DNA of 64,000 nt. Source: Acidobacteriota bacterium. GTDB taxonomy: Bacteria > Acidobacteriota > UBA890 > WLXD01. Positions within the stretch are counted from its first letter, which is position 1, and each line of letters starts with the position of its first letter. Under the pieces are notes generated by a model, which was given only the letters and a program-made list of their open reading frames with translations, was not told the origin of the DNA and did no database searches. Both the position numbers and the translations under genes were made by a program. Below, in pieces: positions 30,657 through 40,996 of this stretch. The DNA lies in assembly GCA_965205505.1 (NCBI GenBank), contig CBDBHB010000008.1, forward strand, positions 1,152,001 to 1,216,000. Reading direction: 5' to 3'.

Positions 30657-33077
30657 CTAGTGTTCGCTCAGGCGCGCCAGCGCTTGGTCGAGATGACGGC
30701 GGTACTCCTCTCGGTCCTGCGGCCGCAACCACGCGTCTCTCTGGTCCACACGACGCCAGATCTCCTGGATTACCGCCTTCAGGAACTCGGCGGATGCCCG
30801 CGACGCGTCGTTTGGCGGCGCGTCGGCAAGATACACTGGGGTCGTGTGCGCGAAGGTGTAGTTGTCACCTGAGTAGCGGGCCTTGCCGCCCCGGGCCCGT
30901 GCCGCGACCCAGCGCGCGCCACGCACCGGTATGGACTCGCGAGTTCCCAGACGATTCTGTCCTGGCGGCACGGGCACGGTGTGCGCAACGCGTCCATCGA
31001 CGATGATCTCGACCACGTCCACCGGGGCGATGGTGGCGAGGTCGACAGACACCGTGACGCGATCGCGCGCGCTGATCTCTGATCCGGGCTCGTGGCCGTC
31101 CACCTCGACGAACAGAAGCGGTCCGTTGGTGGCCACAGTGCGGCCGGCCCGGACCGCCTCGATCCAGCGACGCCAGGTGAGCGGGCCGTCCAGTCGAGCA
31201 TAGGTGCGCGCCGCTCCACCGGACGGATCGCGCCAGACGTTGGAGAAGTTATCCGTGCCCCCGGTGGCGGGCAGCCGGACGCCGACGTTGAGCATGTGGT
31301 AGTAGATCGCGGCGCTGGCCATCTCGTCCGACGCGGTGGACACCACGTCGTAGAAGTCACCGCGCCCCAGGATGGCGTGGATGGGAATGTCGGATTGAGC
31401 GGCACCTTCGGGCGTGCCGACGCTCGCGCTGTTCCCGGTGTAGGGGTGCAGGAAACCACCGATGCCGCCGAGGGCGTTGATGGCGTCCAGATACGTGAGC
31501 TTCAGGCCATCCGCGGGGTACGGGGATCCACGCGTGCCGCCGATGAGGGGCATGATGAAGTCCTCCACCCCGAGCAACGCCACGTGCCCGAAGGATCCGC
31601 GGAACTCCTGGCTATACCGCAGGATGGTGTCGTCGGTGGATCCGGAGTAGTCCTGGCCGATGAGGTCACTCCATCGACCCATGATCTTGGTTCCATCCAT
31701 GTGGATCAGATCGTTGGTCACGTGAAGATCGTCGGCCCGCAACTGATCGAAGAACTCCTGCTGGGTGAGGCCCCAGCGGCCCTCGTGCAGGTCGTGCACG
31801 TGGGTGTCGCCCGACACCCAGTCGGATCGGCGCGGGTCAGAGAGCCGCTCCATTCGGAGCTCGATTGTGGTGGTCTCGCCCGCAGCAGCCTGCACCGTGA
31901 CGTCCGCCGGAACCCACTCGAACCCGCGGATTGCCTCGACCCGCACCTCTCCGGCCGGCACGGTAACCTCGAACCGGCCGGTCGAATGGAAGTAGTGGAT
32001 CTCGTTGGCCGGACTCACGCGGTGAAACGCCTTGTTCGGGACGTAACCGCGTCCGTCCGAGGCGAGGAGCTGGATCCGGGCCGGGACGATCACGCCGTCG
32101 GGTCCGGTCACGCGTCCGCGCAGGGTCGCGCTGGCGTAGTGCGGTGACAGGCGGGTCTGGGTAATCCGTTCCCAGGCCTGATTGCCGGCGCCGAAACGAG
32201 ACGTCACGTACAGAACGGTAGGGCCGTCCTGATTGCCGACGAAGGCGACGCGCTCGCCGTCGGGACTCACCGCCGGGGCGAACTCGTCCAGAGGCTGCGT
32301 GGTCAAGCGAACGCGGTTGCCGCCCGCGGAGGGGACCGTCGCCAGGTCGTAGGATCCGGCAACGTCGGAGGCGAACATCAGGGCCGAGCCATCCGGTGTC
32401 CACGCGGGGGCAGGCCGGTAGCTGGTTTCTTCGTAATGCACGAGCCAGGGCTCGCCGCCTGCCATCGGGACTATCCAGATTCCCCCGCTTCCGAGGCGTC
32501 CCCTCACGCTGGCGATGAACGCGAGCTGCGAACCGTCGGGGGACAGCGCGGGCTGGAACTGGTGCCCGGTTCCGCCGACCACGGTGTCGACCGCACCGGT
32601 TGCCACCTCGTAGCGCAGGATGTCGAAATCCCCTCCGCGGGCCGAGGCGAAGACAATGCGTCGTCCATCAGGAGTCCAGGCCGGCTGAATGTCCACCGCG
32701 GCGTCGGAGGTCAGGCGCCGGAACCCCGTGCCATCGGCCCGAACGACGGCGATGTCGAGATCGCCGTCCGTATCAACGGCGAGCGCGACCCATTCACCGT
32801 CCGGGCTCCACGCCGGCTCGAAGTGATAGCCGGGGCCCTGGGTGATGGCCCGGGCGTGCTCCGTGCCGATGCTCTGAACCCAGATGTCGCCGCGCATCGA
32901 ATAGGCCAGCGTCGAGCCGTCCGGATGCCAGCTCGGATCGAGCGGTCCGCTGGTGACGGCCGGGAGCATGTGGAGCTCGACACGGGTCGAAAGCCCATAG
33001 CGTGGGACCTGGGCAGCCGCGAAGGAGGCGACGGAGATCCATGCGACACACCCGAACGACAGGAACCTACGCGGCAT
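30657..33077 (-). CDS. TolB/PD40 beta-propeller fused to a CehA/McbA-family metallohydrolase
   Basis: PAWSPDG/PAWTPDG repeats; WVSGDTHVH, GGTDNF, VATNGPLL. Confidence 0.88.
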   Translation of the reverse strand: MPRRFLSFGCVAWISVASFAAAQVPRYGLSTRVELHMLPAVTSGPLDPSWHPDGSTLAYSMRGDIWVQSIGTEHARAITQGPGYHFEPAWSPDGEWVALAVDTDGDLDIAVVRADGTGFRRLTSDAAVDIQPAWTPDGRRIVFASARGGDFDILRYEVATGAVDTVVGGTGHQFQPALSPDGSQLAFIASVRGRLGSGGIWIVPMAGGEPWLVHYEETSYRPAPAWTPDGSALMFASDVAGSYDLATVPSAGGNRVRLTTQPLDEFAPAVSPDGERVAFVGNQDGPTVLYVTSRFGAGNQAWERITQTRLSPHYASATLRGRVTGPDGVIVPARIQLLASDGRGYVPNKAFHRVSPANEIHYFHSTGRFEVTVPAGEVRVEAIRGFEWVPADVTVQAAAGETTTIELRMERLSDPRRSDWVSGDTHVHDLHEGRWGLTQQEFFDQLRADDLHVTNDLIHMDGTKIMGRWSDLIGQDYSGSTDDTILRYSQEFRGSFGHVALLGVEDFIMPLIGGTRGSPYPADGLKLTYLDAINALGGIGGFLHPYTGNSASVGTPEGAAQSDIPIHAILGRGDFYDVVSTASDEMASAAIYYHMLNVGVRLPATGGTDNFSNVWRDPSGGAARTYARLDGPLTWRRWIEAVRAGRTVATNGPLLFVEVDGHEPGSEISARDRVTVSVDLATIAPVDVVEIIVDGRVAHTVPVPPGQNRLGTRESIPVRGARWVAARARGGKARYSGDNYTFAHTTPVYLADAPPNDASRASAEFLKAVIQEIWRRVDQRDAWLRPQDREEYRRHLDQALARLSEH

Positions 33078-33131
33078 GTAAGCATCCGGGGTCTGCGGAC
33101 GAGAATCTAGAGGTCATTGTTTCGGAGACCC

Positions 33132-33490
33132 TCAGCCCTCAATCCGATGGGCTTCCACTACTTGAACTCCCTCGTCCCAAGTCTCGCCTTCGTCGGTCGA
33201 AACGTCTACGCGATAAGTAAAGTGGTCATCCGTTATGTCGAGATAGGTCTCCCGAACCAAAAGGCCGGGCGCCTGGCTCATGAGCGTAACCGAGGTCTCG
33301 CTGACCAGCACACCGCCGAGCTCTCCAGTTCCTTGTGAAGCCAGAGTGGAAGCCAGTACATCCAGGTACTCGACGATCCATCTGTGCTGGTCGGTGTCGT
33401 AAAAGCGCAAGGTCACGCCGAGGATCGCCCATCCCGACTGCTCACCGCGCTGTCGATATTCATCAGCGATCGCGTAGCCATCCGAGAAAT
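33132..33490 (-). pseudogene. 3' fragment of a DUF1579-like protein
   Basis: DGYAIADEYR...LRFYD...STDEGETW; 5' part absent, abutting the arsR promoter. Confidence 0.5.
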
Positions 33491-33502
33491 CATGTATATT
33501 CC

Positions 33503-33536
33503 TTGACACGAATATTCTGTCATGAGAATATTCGTG
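33503..33536 (+). promoter_or_regulatory. -35 box and ArsR-type operator
   Basis: TTGACA 33503-08; perfect IR CACGAATATTCT-N6-AGAATATTCGTG (33507-33536) ending 1 nt before the ATG. Confidence 0.8.
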
Positions 33537-33537
33537 C

Positions 33538-33849
33538 ATGATTGAGATGTTCGTCGCACTCGCCGAGCCTAACCGCTTGCGTATCATCGAGTTGCTGCGT
33601 GCCGGACCGCGTGCGGTGGGCGAAATCGGGGACCGACTTCGACTACGCCAACCGCAAACATCGAAGCATCTGCGAGTCTTGAAGGAAGCCGGACTCGTCG
33701 ACGTGCGCCCCGACGCTCAGCGCCGGGTGTACCAGCTGCGCGCTCAGCCGCTTCGCGAGCTCGATACGTGGCTGGAGCCATATCGCCAGTATTGGAGCGA
33801 ACGGCTCGACGCTCTGGAGACCATGCTTCGAAACGACTCCGAGGAGTGA
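33538..33849 (+). CDS. ArsR/SmtB-family transcriptional regulator
   Basis: FVALAEPNRLRII, SKHLRVLKEAGLV. Confidence 0.92.
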   Translation: MIEMFVALAEPNRLRIIELLRAGPRAVGEIGDRLRLRQPQTSKHLRVLKEAGLVDVRPDAQRRVYQLRAQPLRELDTWLEPYRQYWSERLDALETMLRNDSEE

Positions 33850-33853
33850 GCGC

Positions 33854-34300
33854 GTGAGCTCGACCGTGCCTGCAATCAAAATGACCCGGATGATCAACGC
33901 CCCCGCCGCCAAAGTGTTCGAGGCGTGGACCGACGTGGCCCAGCTAAAGCGTTGGTTCGCACCGCATCCCTACGAAGTGCGCGAAGCGACCGCGGACGTA
34001 CGGCCCGGCGGTCGTTACCGATTCGTCGCGGCCAGCGAAGACGACGGACCTCACACGACGACGGGCGAGTACTTGGAATTGGAGCCGGGGCGCCGCCTCG
34101 TGATGACGTGCTTCTACGAGGGCCCCTTCGGCGACGACGAAACGCCCTCGGTGTTGACCGTTGATTTTCGTGAAGTTGCTCCAGGAGTGACCGAGCTCAC
34201 GCTGACACATGCCGAGCTCCGCGACGACGAAGGTGGCCGCGAGGGTTGGACTCTCATCCTGGACAAACTCGCGGCGCTCCTCGACGGCGCGGGATCCTGA
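33854..34300 (+). CDS. SRPBCC/AHSA1-domain protein
   Basis: APAAKVFEAWTD, DVRPGGRY, EGWTLILDKL; usual arsR partner. Confidence 0.9.
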   Translation: MSSTVPAIKMTRMINAPAAKVFEAWTDVAQLKRWFAPHPYEVREATADVRPGGRYRFVAASEDDGPHTTTGEYLELEPGRRLVMTCFYEGPFGDDETPSVLTVDFREVAPGVTELTLTHAELRDDEGGREGWTLILDKLAALLDGAGS

Positions 34301-34344
34301 CAGCAAGCTGTCGCACTCCGTCGCGCCGCACGCCAGGCGGCGGG

Positions 34345-34884
34345 TTACGCACCGCAGGCAATCGCCTTGATTCCTAGCACCGTGTTCCAGTTCCGGGCTG
34401 TGCCGCGGCTACCCAGCGCCTTCTCGATCACAGCACCTGTGAGGCGAGAGCGGCCTATGCCATTTGGATATACGACGTACGCCTGCTTGCCGCGGGCGCG
34501 GATCAGCTCGGGCCCCTTGATGGACGACTGGAGCGACCCCACGGCTCGGGCGGAGGGAGTCTTCCTGAGAAACATGACGGCGAGCTTGCTCGGCTCGTTC
34601 TCTGCAGCTCGGGTGAAAGGGTTGCGCTGGACAAGCGCCTTCCACTGCTTCAAGGACCGCACGAAGAAGTCCGTCTCGAGATCGAGGTCACTCTGGGCCC
34701 GAGTCTCCAGAATGTGCTCGAGCTCCCCGGCTCCCGAACTGCTCGTAAATACGACATTCCCGCTCTGGAGTAATGTCTGCACGGGCTCGTACCCAAGCGC
34801 CGAGAACAGGTTGCGTAAGTCACTCATGGCGACGGGCCGACGGCCACCGACATTGACTGCGCGCAGGAGCGCAACGTGAGTCAT
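34345..34884 (-). CDS. DUF1697 family protein
   Basis: VALLRAVNVGG, LQSGNVVF, TARNWNTV. Confidence 0.9.
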   Translation of the reverse strand: MTHVALLRAVNVGGRRPVAMSDLRNLFSALGYEPVQTLLQSGNVVFTSSSGAGELEHILETRAQSDLDLETDFFVRSLKQWKALVQRNPFTRAAENEPSKLAVMFLRKTPSARAVGSLQSSIKGPELIRARGKQAYVVYPNGIGRSRLTGAVIEKALGSRGTARNWNTVLGIKAIACGA

Positions 34885-34970
34885 CGTCTTCTTAGTGCCG
34901 CCGTGCTCACCGTCACATTAGGAGAGCGGCGGGCGATTGTTGCGGGCGCAGCACATTGCCATACGCGTTC

Positions 34971-35621
34971 CTATGCTACGCCCCTAAAGCACGCATAGTT
35001 CTGGCCCGCCGTAGGTGATTCGATTTCTTCTTCTAGCACCATCAAGCATTCTGCACTCTTGAACCCGACACGGCGCAACATTTCGATATGTTTTGCTATC
35101 TCGAATCGGCCCGGTTCATACTCGTATATGGCCTTGTCAGGCTTGATGAAGTCTCCATTCAGCAACATCTGGCCACGTTGAAGTACTTGCGCGCAGCTCC
35201 TATAGACCACTTCGACGCTCTCTTGGCTACCAAGGTCGTGCAACGCCCAGGTTGAAACGATGGCATTGACCGGCGTAGGGATGTCCGTCCACCACCTATC
35301 CATTACGAGATCAGCCTGAACATGACCGACTCGGGCCGAATAAGGCCTCGGTCTTTGTCGCGCAATATCGAGCATCGGGCCAGAAAACTCGACACCGTAA
35401 TATTGAATGTCGAGCATCGCTCTCAGCAGATGAACCGCCAAGTACCCAGGACCAATCCCGAGCTCGATCACGCAGCCGTTTGGTGGAATTCGTGATTCCA
35501 GCTCCGACAGCATGACGTTGAACAACTCCAGCCTTTCGGGTGTCGGCACGAAGCGCTCAGCCCATTCTTCGACATATTCTTCATCATGGAATTCGTGACA
35601 CGCACCTATAACTCTATTCAT
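34971..35621 (-). CDS. Class I SAM-dependent methyltransferase
   Basis: IELGIGPG, STWALHDL; visibly lower GC. Confidence 0.85.
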   Translation of the reverse strand: MNRVIGACHEFHDEEYVEEWAERFVPTPERLELFNVMLSELESRIPPNGCVIELGIGPGYLAVHLLRAMLDIQYYGVEFSGPMLDIARQRPRPYSARVGHVQADLVMDRWWTDIPTPVNAIVSTWALHDLGSQESVEVVYRSCAQVLQRGQMLLNGDFIKPDKAIYEYEPGRFEIAKHIEMLRRVGFKSAECLMVLEEEIESPTAGQNYACFRGVA

Positions 35622-35676
35622 TGTTTCCTCATGGACAACACTAGAAGCGCGTACACGACGTCGAGGCGAGTCGAAC

Positions 35677-36327
35677 TCACGGTGCAGAGCTGCGATGCCT
35701 CTCGATCCAAGCCGCCCACGGTGGCAACAGCCACAGGATCAGCGCACCCGCCGCCACAGCAGTCACCGATCCGGGTAGCGGGGCCCACGGCTGGGTGACC
35801 CATATCAGTCCGGTCAGACCCACCAGAGCGATGAGAGCCCATGTGCCTGTACGGTCGCGGGCGGAGCTGGCGCCGACGTAAAGCCAGAGCCCCCCAGCGA
35901 GCAGGCCCGCTTCGACCAGAACCGTGCCAGGAATGGAATTCCAGAGTCCGAGGCCCACCACCGGACCGCCCGGCCAAAGCGGTAGGTCTGGTCGGTGCGT
36001 GATCAGGTCCAGAACCCAATGACTCAGAACTAGCCCCCCCAGCACCACGCCGGCCCGCCACGAGCCAAACAGCCGGCGCCCGAGGAACGCCACGACTCCC
36101 GACCATCCGATGACCGCCAGGAGACTGTGACTCCAGGGGTAAGAGGCGAAGGCGAGATTCGTGAACGCGGTATCGCCCGGGTTGATCCGAACGGTCTCGA
36201 ATCCGAGCAAGAGCAAGACTGGCCACAGCACGTCGAGCCCAAAGGCGGCGGCAACCGATGCTCCCAAAGGCAGTCGCGGCTCCACCTTCTTGGTACCCAG
36301 CGCAACCGCCAGATGACCGACGAACAT
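35677..36327 (-). CDS. Membrane-bound metal-dependent hydrolase (YdjM-like)
   Basis: GGAGG RBS; MFVGH, YPWSHSL, SHWVLDLITHRPDLP. Confidence 0.85.
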   Translation of the reverse strand: MFVGHLAVALGTKKVEPRLPLGASVAAAFGLDVLWPVLLLLGFETVRINPGDTAFTNLAFASYPWSHSLLAVIGWSGVVAFLGRRLFGSWRAGVVLGGLVLSHWVLDLITHRPDLPLWPGGPVVGLGLWNSIPGTVLVEAGLLAGGLWLYVGASSARDRTGTWALIALVGLTGLIWVTQPWAPLPGSVTAVAAGALILWLLPPWAAWIERHRSSAP

Positions 36328-36372
36328 GGTCCACCTCCATTGTTTAGTGCGGCCTAACGGCCCGGCCCATGG

Positions 36373-36726
36373 CTACCGCTCCGACCAGACGGCGAGCTCG
36401 TGGCCTGATGGATCGCGAAAGTGAAAGCGCCTGCCGCCAGGGAACTCGTAGGCCTCCTTCACTATTGTGCCGCCATTGGCGACCACATCTTCCTCGACCC
36501 GCGAGAGATCGACCGCATACAGGACTATGAGAGGACCACCAGAGACCACCGTCGAAGACCCTGCAAAACCACCGGAGAGGCGGCCATCGTCGAAGCTCGC
36601 GTAGTCGGGTCCCCAGTCCGTGCATGACCAACCGAAGACGCTTGAATAAAAGCGCTTTGCCTCGTTGATGTCGAGGACAGGGAACTCGATGTAGTCGATT
36701 CGGAGGTCATGATCTTCTTGGCCCAT
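36373..36726 (-). CDS. VOC/glyoxalase family protein
   Basis: IDYIEF, FYSSVFGW, FPGGRRFHFRDPSGHELAVWS. Confidence 0.9.
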   Translation of the reverse strand: MGQEDHDLRIDYIEFPVLDINEAKRFYSSVFGWSCTDWGPDYASFDDGRLSGGFAGSSTVVSGGPLIVLYAVDLSRVEEDVVANGGTIVKEAYEFPGGRRFHFRDPSGHELAVWSER

Positions 36727-36851
36727 TAGCAATCTCCCAGATTGGGCGGTTGGAAACGCCGACGCTACAGGGTCGACCAGATCCATCGTAAGCCTCGACT
36801 GAACGCGGGCCTTCACCGGACCGTGCTCCTCACCCCAAGCGACGTGCGAGG

Positions 36852-37260
36852 CTATTCGGGATCGCCGAGATGCAGCCAGAAAAACGCTGCCGCCCGGTCC
36901 ATTGTCTCCGTGAACCACTCCCGGAAGTTCCAAAACGCGTGCGGAGCATGTGGGATCAGCACAACCTCCACTGGCACGTTCGCGCCACCGTACCGCTCGG
37001 CCAGCTGGAGCGATTGCGCGAACGCGACCACTGGATCGGCCTCACTGTGTATGAGGAGCAGCGGCGGAGACGACTCATCAACGTGACTGACCGGCGATGC
37101 GAACTCCCACAGGCCAAGGTCGCTCTCGTGGGGTACACCCAGGAACTCCGTCACCGGCTCCGAGCTCACTGAGAAGTCGGTTGGTGTCGCGAGACCGACT
37201 ACCGCCGACACCGCACTCGGGATGCGCTGGTTCCCACCGGAGCCCTCCAGATCGACCATT
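36852..37260 (-). pseudogene. C-terminal fragment of an alpha/beta hydrolase (esterase)
   Basis: ASPVSHV...PPLLLIHSEADPVV...APHAF; nucleophile half missing. Confidence 0.65.
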
Positions 37261-37394
37261 TCGGACGTCAAACTCAAGTACGTCGCCAGCAGGGTTTCCG
37301 GAACTCCTCTTTGCAGCCTGGCAGCCAAGCTCAGCTGCAGACAGACCACGAAGAGGGTTGGCCGTCGGCCGCCGCGCCCTGTTCGGTCGCACCG

Positions 37395-38012
37395 CTAAAC
37401 CAGGCCGTGTATTTTCGCAAACGGGTCCCAGCCAGCTTCGCTATGCCATTCGTATTCAGCCCATATCGCGATCTGCTCGGCAGTCTCCTGCCCCAAGATC
37501 CTACCGATCACGGCCAGCGACATGTCCATTCCGGCGGAAACTCCGGAGGATGTGAAGAACTTGCCATCCTCCACCCAGCGCGCTTCCTTCTCCCACTTCA
37601 CGTTGTCGCCCTGCCAGGTAGCCCACGCAAATGACCGCTTGTTCGTCGTCGCCCGTACGCCATCCAATACCCCTGCTCTCGCCAGGAGCGCGCTGCCTGT
37701 ACATACGGATGTGACGTACTCGGCCCCCATCGATTGGATTCGAAGCCATTCCAGTAGTCTTGGGTTGCCTATTTGCGCGCGGGTGCCCCTGCCACCTGGT
37801 ACAAGCAGAACGTCAAACTGACGTTCTTCGCCGAACCCATGCTCGACGACCGACCTAGGTCCTTGCCGGCTCGCTATCTCTCCGCCGCTTTCTGCAACCA
37901 TGTGAATTTCGAAGCTTTCGGGCGCCATTCCATACATCTCCAGCGGCCCGAACACATCCAAAAGCTCGAATTCCTCGAAGAGAACAACGCCGATTGACCG
38001 CACGGATTTCAC
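37395..38012 (-). CDS. DJ-1/PfpI family protein
   Basis: FELLDVFGP, VPGG, SVCTGS, TSSGVSAGMD. Confidence 0.92.
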   Translation of the reverse strand: MKSVRSIGVVLFEEFELLDVFGPLEMYGMAPESFEIHMVAESGGEIASRQGPRSVVEHGFGEERQFDVLLVPGGRGTRAQIGNPRLLEWLRIQSMGAEYVTSVCTGSALLARAGVLDGVRATTNKRSFAWATWQGDNVKWEKEARWVEDGKFFTSSGVSAGMDMSLAVIGRILGQETAEQIAIWAEYEWHSEAGWDPFAKIHGLV

Positions 38013-38511
38013 CTCGCCTATGCTTTCTTCACATGACGGTAGGGGCGCTCAGCTGCGGACCCGCCGTAGGCCCCGGCCCAAGCACCCGAGGACCGAAGCT
38101 CCGAGGAGGCTACCAAGATCGGCGCAGTGGCGGCTGCGACCACCTGGGTAATGGCCGCAAGGGCCCGACCCAGGGAGCGCGGCTAAGGTCAGCCGCCCGC
38201 TTCAGGCGCTCACTCACTCCTCCCTCTCGCAGCCCGAGGCGGGCGACGAGAGTGCGCCTCATTGGAAAACGACTCGCTCGACATCGCCGAGACATTGCGA
38301 CGTTCCGCGTTTCTTCTGACGACTTCCCATCGGTGGGATCCTCAACTTCATGGACGAGATCCCACCGGCAGTGGACTGCTGAATAAGCAGGCCAGTCGTA
38401 CGCCTTGTTGGTCAGAATCAACTTGGCCTTGTCGAAGGTCAGCGCCGCTCCGTCGCGGAGAATCACCTCACCGGCGAACATCCAGACATTGGCCAGGTTG
38501 CGGGGTTGTCG

Positions 38512-39324
38512 CTAGTTCGGTCGGAGCAACCCGCAGTGGGACTCGAGCGTTCCGCGGCAATCGGCATAGGCTCGGCTCAGGCGCTCTCGGACGAGGGGCT
38601 CGAGCGTGATCGCCCGTGGCGACGCATCGCGGATGATGCGGCCGCTGCGGATTCGCTCGGAGGGGTCGCCGTGCCGGCCGGTGAATGGCCAGACCCGGTA
38701 GCGGTCGCTCAGGCCGTGCTCGAGCCCCAGAAAGCGCACGAGGCCGGAGAGGGTCTGCTCGGTGTCATCGATCAGCTCCCCGTAGGTGAGGCCGCGGCAT
38801 CTCTCCGGATCGTCGATGTGCCGGGCGTAGCGCGCCAGCGTTGCCAGTCGGGTGACGTAGTAGTCGGTCGAGTACTCCAGCGTCGTTCCGTAATGGCGGC
38901 CGAGAACGTCGACCATGCTGGCGATGCTCGCCTCCGGCTCGCGAACGAGCAGCAGGATCCGCAGGTCACGGTGACAGAGCAGATCATCCGACTCGATGAA
39001 GTGATCGTGGTTGATCTGGTCGATCAGATACCGGGATCGACGCAGTAAGCGCCGGCGATGGTAGTGGATGTCGACCGCCATGCGCCGGAAGTCGGTCACG
39101 CCAGCATAGGCCGAGTTGCGCTCGCCGTAGCCGAGAATTTCCGGGCTCGAGATCAGCAGTTGTAACAGCAGGGAGGAGCCAGATCGCATATGACCGAGGA
39201 TGAATATGGGCCGCTCGGCTCCGCGCCCGGATCCGAATCGGGCACTGAGCCAGACGAGCGCGGCGCCCCTCAGGACGGCCCGTGCAGCGGCCGGCAGCCA
39301 GGTGGATGGGTCGGAGCGGGGCAA
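38512..39324 (-). CDS. Sulfotransferase family protein
   Basis: PAPS-binding FILGHMRSGSSLL; LLVREP...S; YGELI. Confidence 0.8.
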   Translation of the reverse strand: MPRSDPSTWLPAAARAVLRGAALVWLSARFGSGRGAERPIFILGHMRSGSSLLLQLLISSPEILGYGERNSAYAGVTDFRRMAVDIHYHRRRLLRRSRYLIDQINHDHFIESDDLLCHRDLRILLLVREPEASIASMVDVLGRHYGTTLEYSTDYYVTRLATLARYARHIDDPERCRGLTYGELIDDTEQTLSGLVRFLGLEHGLSDRYRVWPFTGRHGDPSERIRSGRIIRDASPRAITLEPLVRERLSRAYADCRGTLESHCGLLRPN

Positions 39325-39553
39325 CGACGCTCTCCTTATCGTTCAGATCGGACAAGATCGTTCTGGTTGTACCGATCGGGGTCGGCTGCAATCCTGCGCG
39401 AGGTGTTCCGAGTCGAAGCGAATTCCACCGTCACCCATTCTCGGCGATGTCCGATCGATCGGTCAGCCCACCCATACCGGATCCTCCGTTTCCCTTTCTA
39501 TTGCCCGGGCTGCCGCACGCGGAGCCGGCGAGGCTACCCGCGAAGATAGCCGC

Positions 39554-39613
39554 CATGTGACTCTGGTCCTCAACTGGTTCGACGAGCCGAAGCAACTCGG
39601 TCGAGCACCGTAG
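39554..39613 (+). pseudogene. 3' tail fragment of an Acidobacteria-type Ser/Thr kinase-propeller gene
   Basis: HVTLVLNWFDEPKQL; close nucleotide match to 44918-44980. Confidence 0.6.
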
Positions 39614-39945
39614 GCGAACACGGGTTTGCTCAGCGAGGCGACTTCGAAAATAGTGTGCTCATCAACCCGGGAGGCCGAGCCCGCCCGCTGGACGCCGAAG
39701 TCGAGGACCGATTCGATCTCGCCTTCGCAGATGACGGCGACTGACGCGCCGGGAACGTGGTACTTGTCCAGAAGCTCCGGGACGATCGCCGCGATTGCGT
39801 GCTCGAGTGAAGTAGAGGCTGCCGAGGCCTGCCCACGCGATTGCGCGTGGAGACGCGCCCCTGAGCCGACACTCGCGACGGTGAGAAGTCCCGTGAGTGC
39901 AATCGAGAGGGCGCTACATTCAAGCACCGTCGCGCTAGTTCTCAT
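39605..39945 (-). pseudogene. N-terminal fragment of a serine hydrolase (beta-lactamase family)
   Basis: AGGAG RBS; VPGASVAV, TIFEVASLSKPV (SxxK); truncated right after. Confidence 0.8.
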
Positions 39946-40012
39946 GTCGGCTCCTGAACGTGACGGGGAGATGCCGAGATCCGCAGCCCATCCGGACAGT
40001 GGCAATTCCGAG

Positions 40013-40768
40013 TCAGGGTGCACCCACTCCATTGCCTTCATTCATGAATGTTCCCCGCGCGAGGAAATGTACGATCTCTCCGGCTACATCTCCGCGGTTC
40101 ATGATGAAGGTGTGCGTAGCGGGGACCACGAGGAAGTCTGCAGCACCGTCGAGTCGCGCCCTGTCGACGCCGACCTTCCCATCGTCGGGTCCGGGAATCA
40201 GCCAAGATCCGATCGGGTTGATACTTCGATCACCGGTGATGATGCCGAGGCGGAAGTCGATCGGCCCGAGCTCCTGAGCGATGCCACTCGAGTCGGTGCC
40301 AAGTCGAGCGCCGGCCGGGCCCAGGAGCGATCGAAGGAGCGGTGATTCGTTGAAAGCGTCAATGAACTCGCTTCCCTGGTTCGGAGGACTCAGCATCACG
40401 ACACGGCCAGCGAACCCGGGGGCGCGGCCTGCGAGATAGCTCCGGACAAGCACACCGCCCAGGGAGTGAGTCACGAAGTGCGTCGTGCCGGCCGGGTCCT
40501 CACAACAGGAGGCGACCGCCGCCTCGAGAGTATCGACCAGATCCTCGATCTCTGCGGAGGTCGACGGGTAGCCAAAGTTGACGACCTGGAATCCCGCCCC
40601 CCTGAGACGCAGGCTCAGTACCGACATCGACGCGGGCGTGCGACCCAGGCCGTGGACCAAGATCACCGTCGCCGCATCAGGAGGAGGGGTTGGCGCACAG
40701 GCGCTAAGCAGTACGCCAACACCGCCCAGTGAGATGACCACCAACCTCGTGAGGGGTCTCCAGCACAC
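40013..40768 (-). CDS. Alpha/beta hydrolase (lipase-like), lipoprotein; cassette-like
   Basis: LVHGLGR, THSLGG, PPNQGS, DDGKV, HTFIM; starts directly at an attC R' box. Confidence 0.85.
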   Translation of the reverse strand: MCWRPLTRLVVISLGGVGVLLSACAPTPPPDAATVILVHGLGRTPASMSVLSLRLRGAGFQVVNFGYPSTSAEIEDLVDTLEAAVASCCEDPAGTTHFVTHSLGGVLVRSYLAGRAPGFAGRVVMLSPPNQGSEFIDAFNESPLLRSLLGPAGARLGTDSSGIAQELGPIDFRLGIITGDRSINPIGSWLIPGPDDGKVGVDRARLDGAADFLVVPATHTFIMNRGDVAGEIVHFLARGTFMNEGNGVGAP

Positions 40769-40881
40769 GCTAACGGTCCTGAGCCACAGCTGCGGCGCCT
40801 CCGCGGCCTTGTCTGGAGTCGTCAGTTTCCGACACTCTCCCAGCGAACCGCGCCGCCGTCAGCCGCTGGCTCCTATCATAC
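40768..40881 (-). other. Degenerate attC site
   Basis: CGCTAACGGTCCTGAGCCACAGCTGCGG...CGTCAGCCGCTGGCTCCT; same family as 61597-61720; R'' eroded. Confidence 0.75.
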
Positions 40882-40888
40882 AAATAGA

Positions 40889-40948
40889 CTACAGGAGCTC
40901 TTGAACGCTTCGCGAGTCAGCCCGGCGTCGCGCGCGATACCGCCCATC
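40889..40948 (-). pseudogene. 3' remnant of a second hicA cassette
   Basis: Near-identical to 61728-61788 (MGGIARDAGLTxEAFK), one-base deletion. Confidence 0.8.
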
Positions 40949-40996
40949 AATGATACTTGGATCCTCAGTCGCTTCGCGCCCTACTCGACACGCCCC

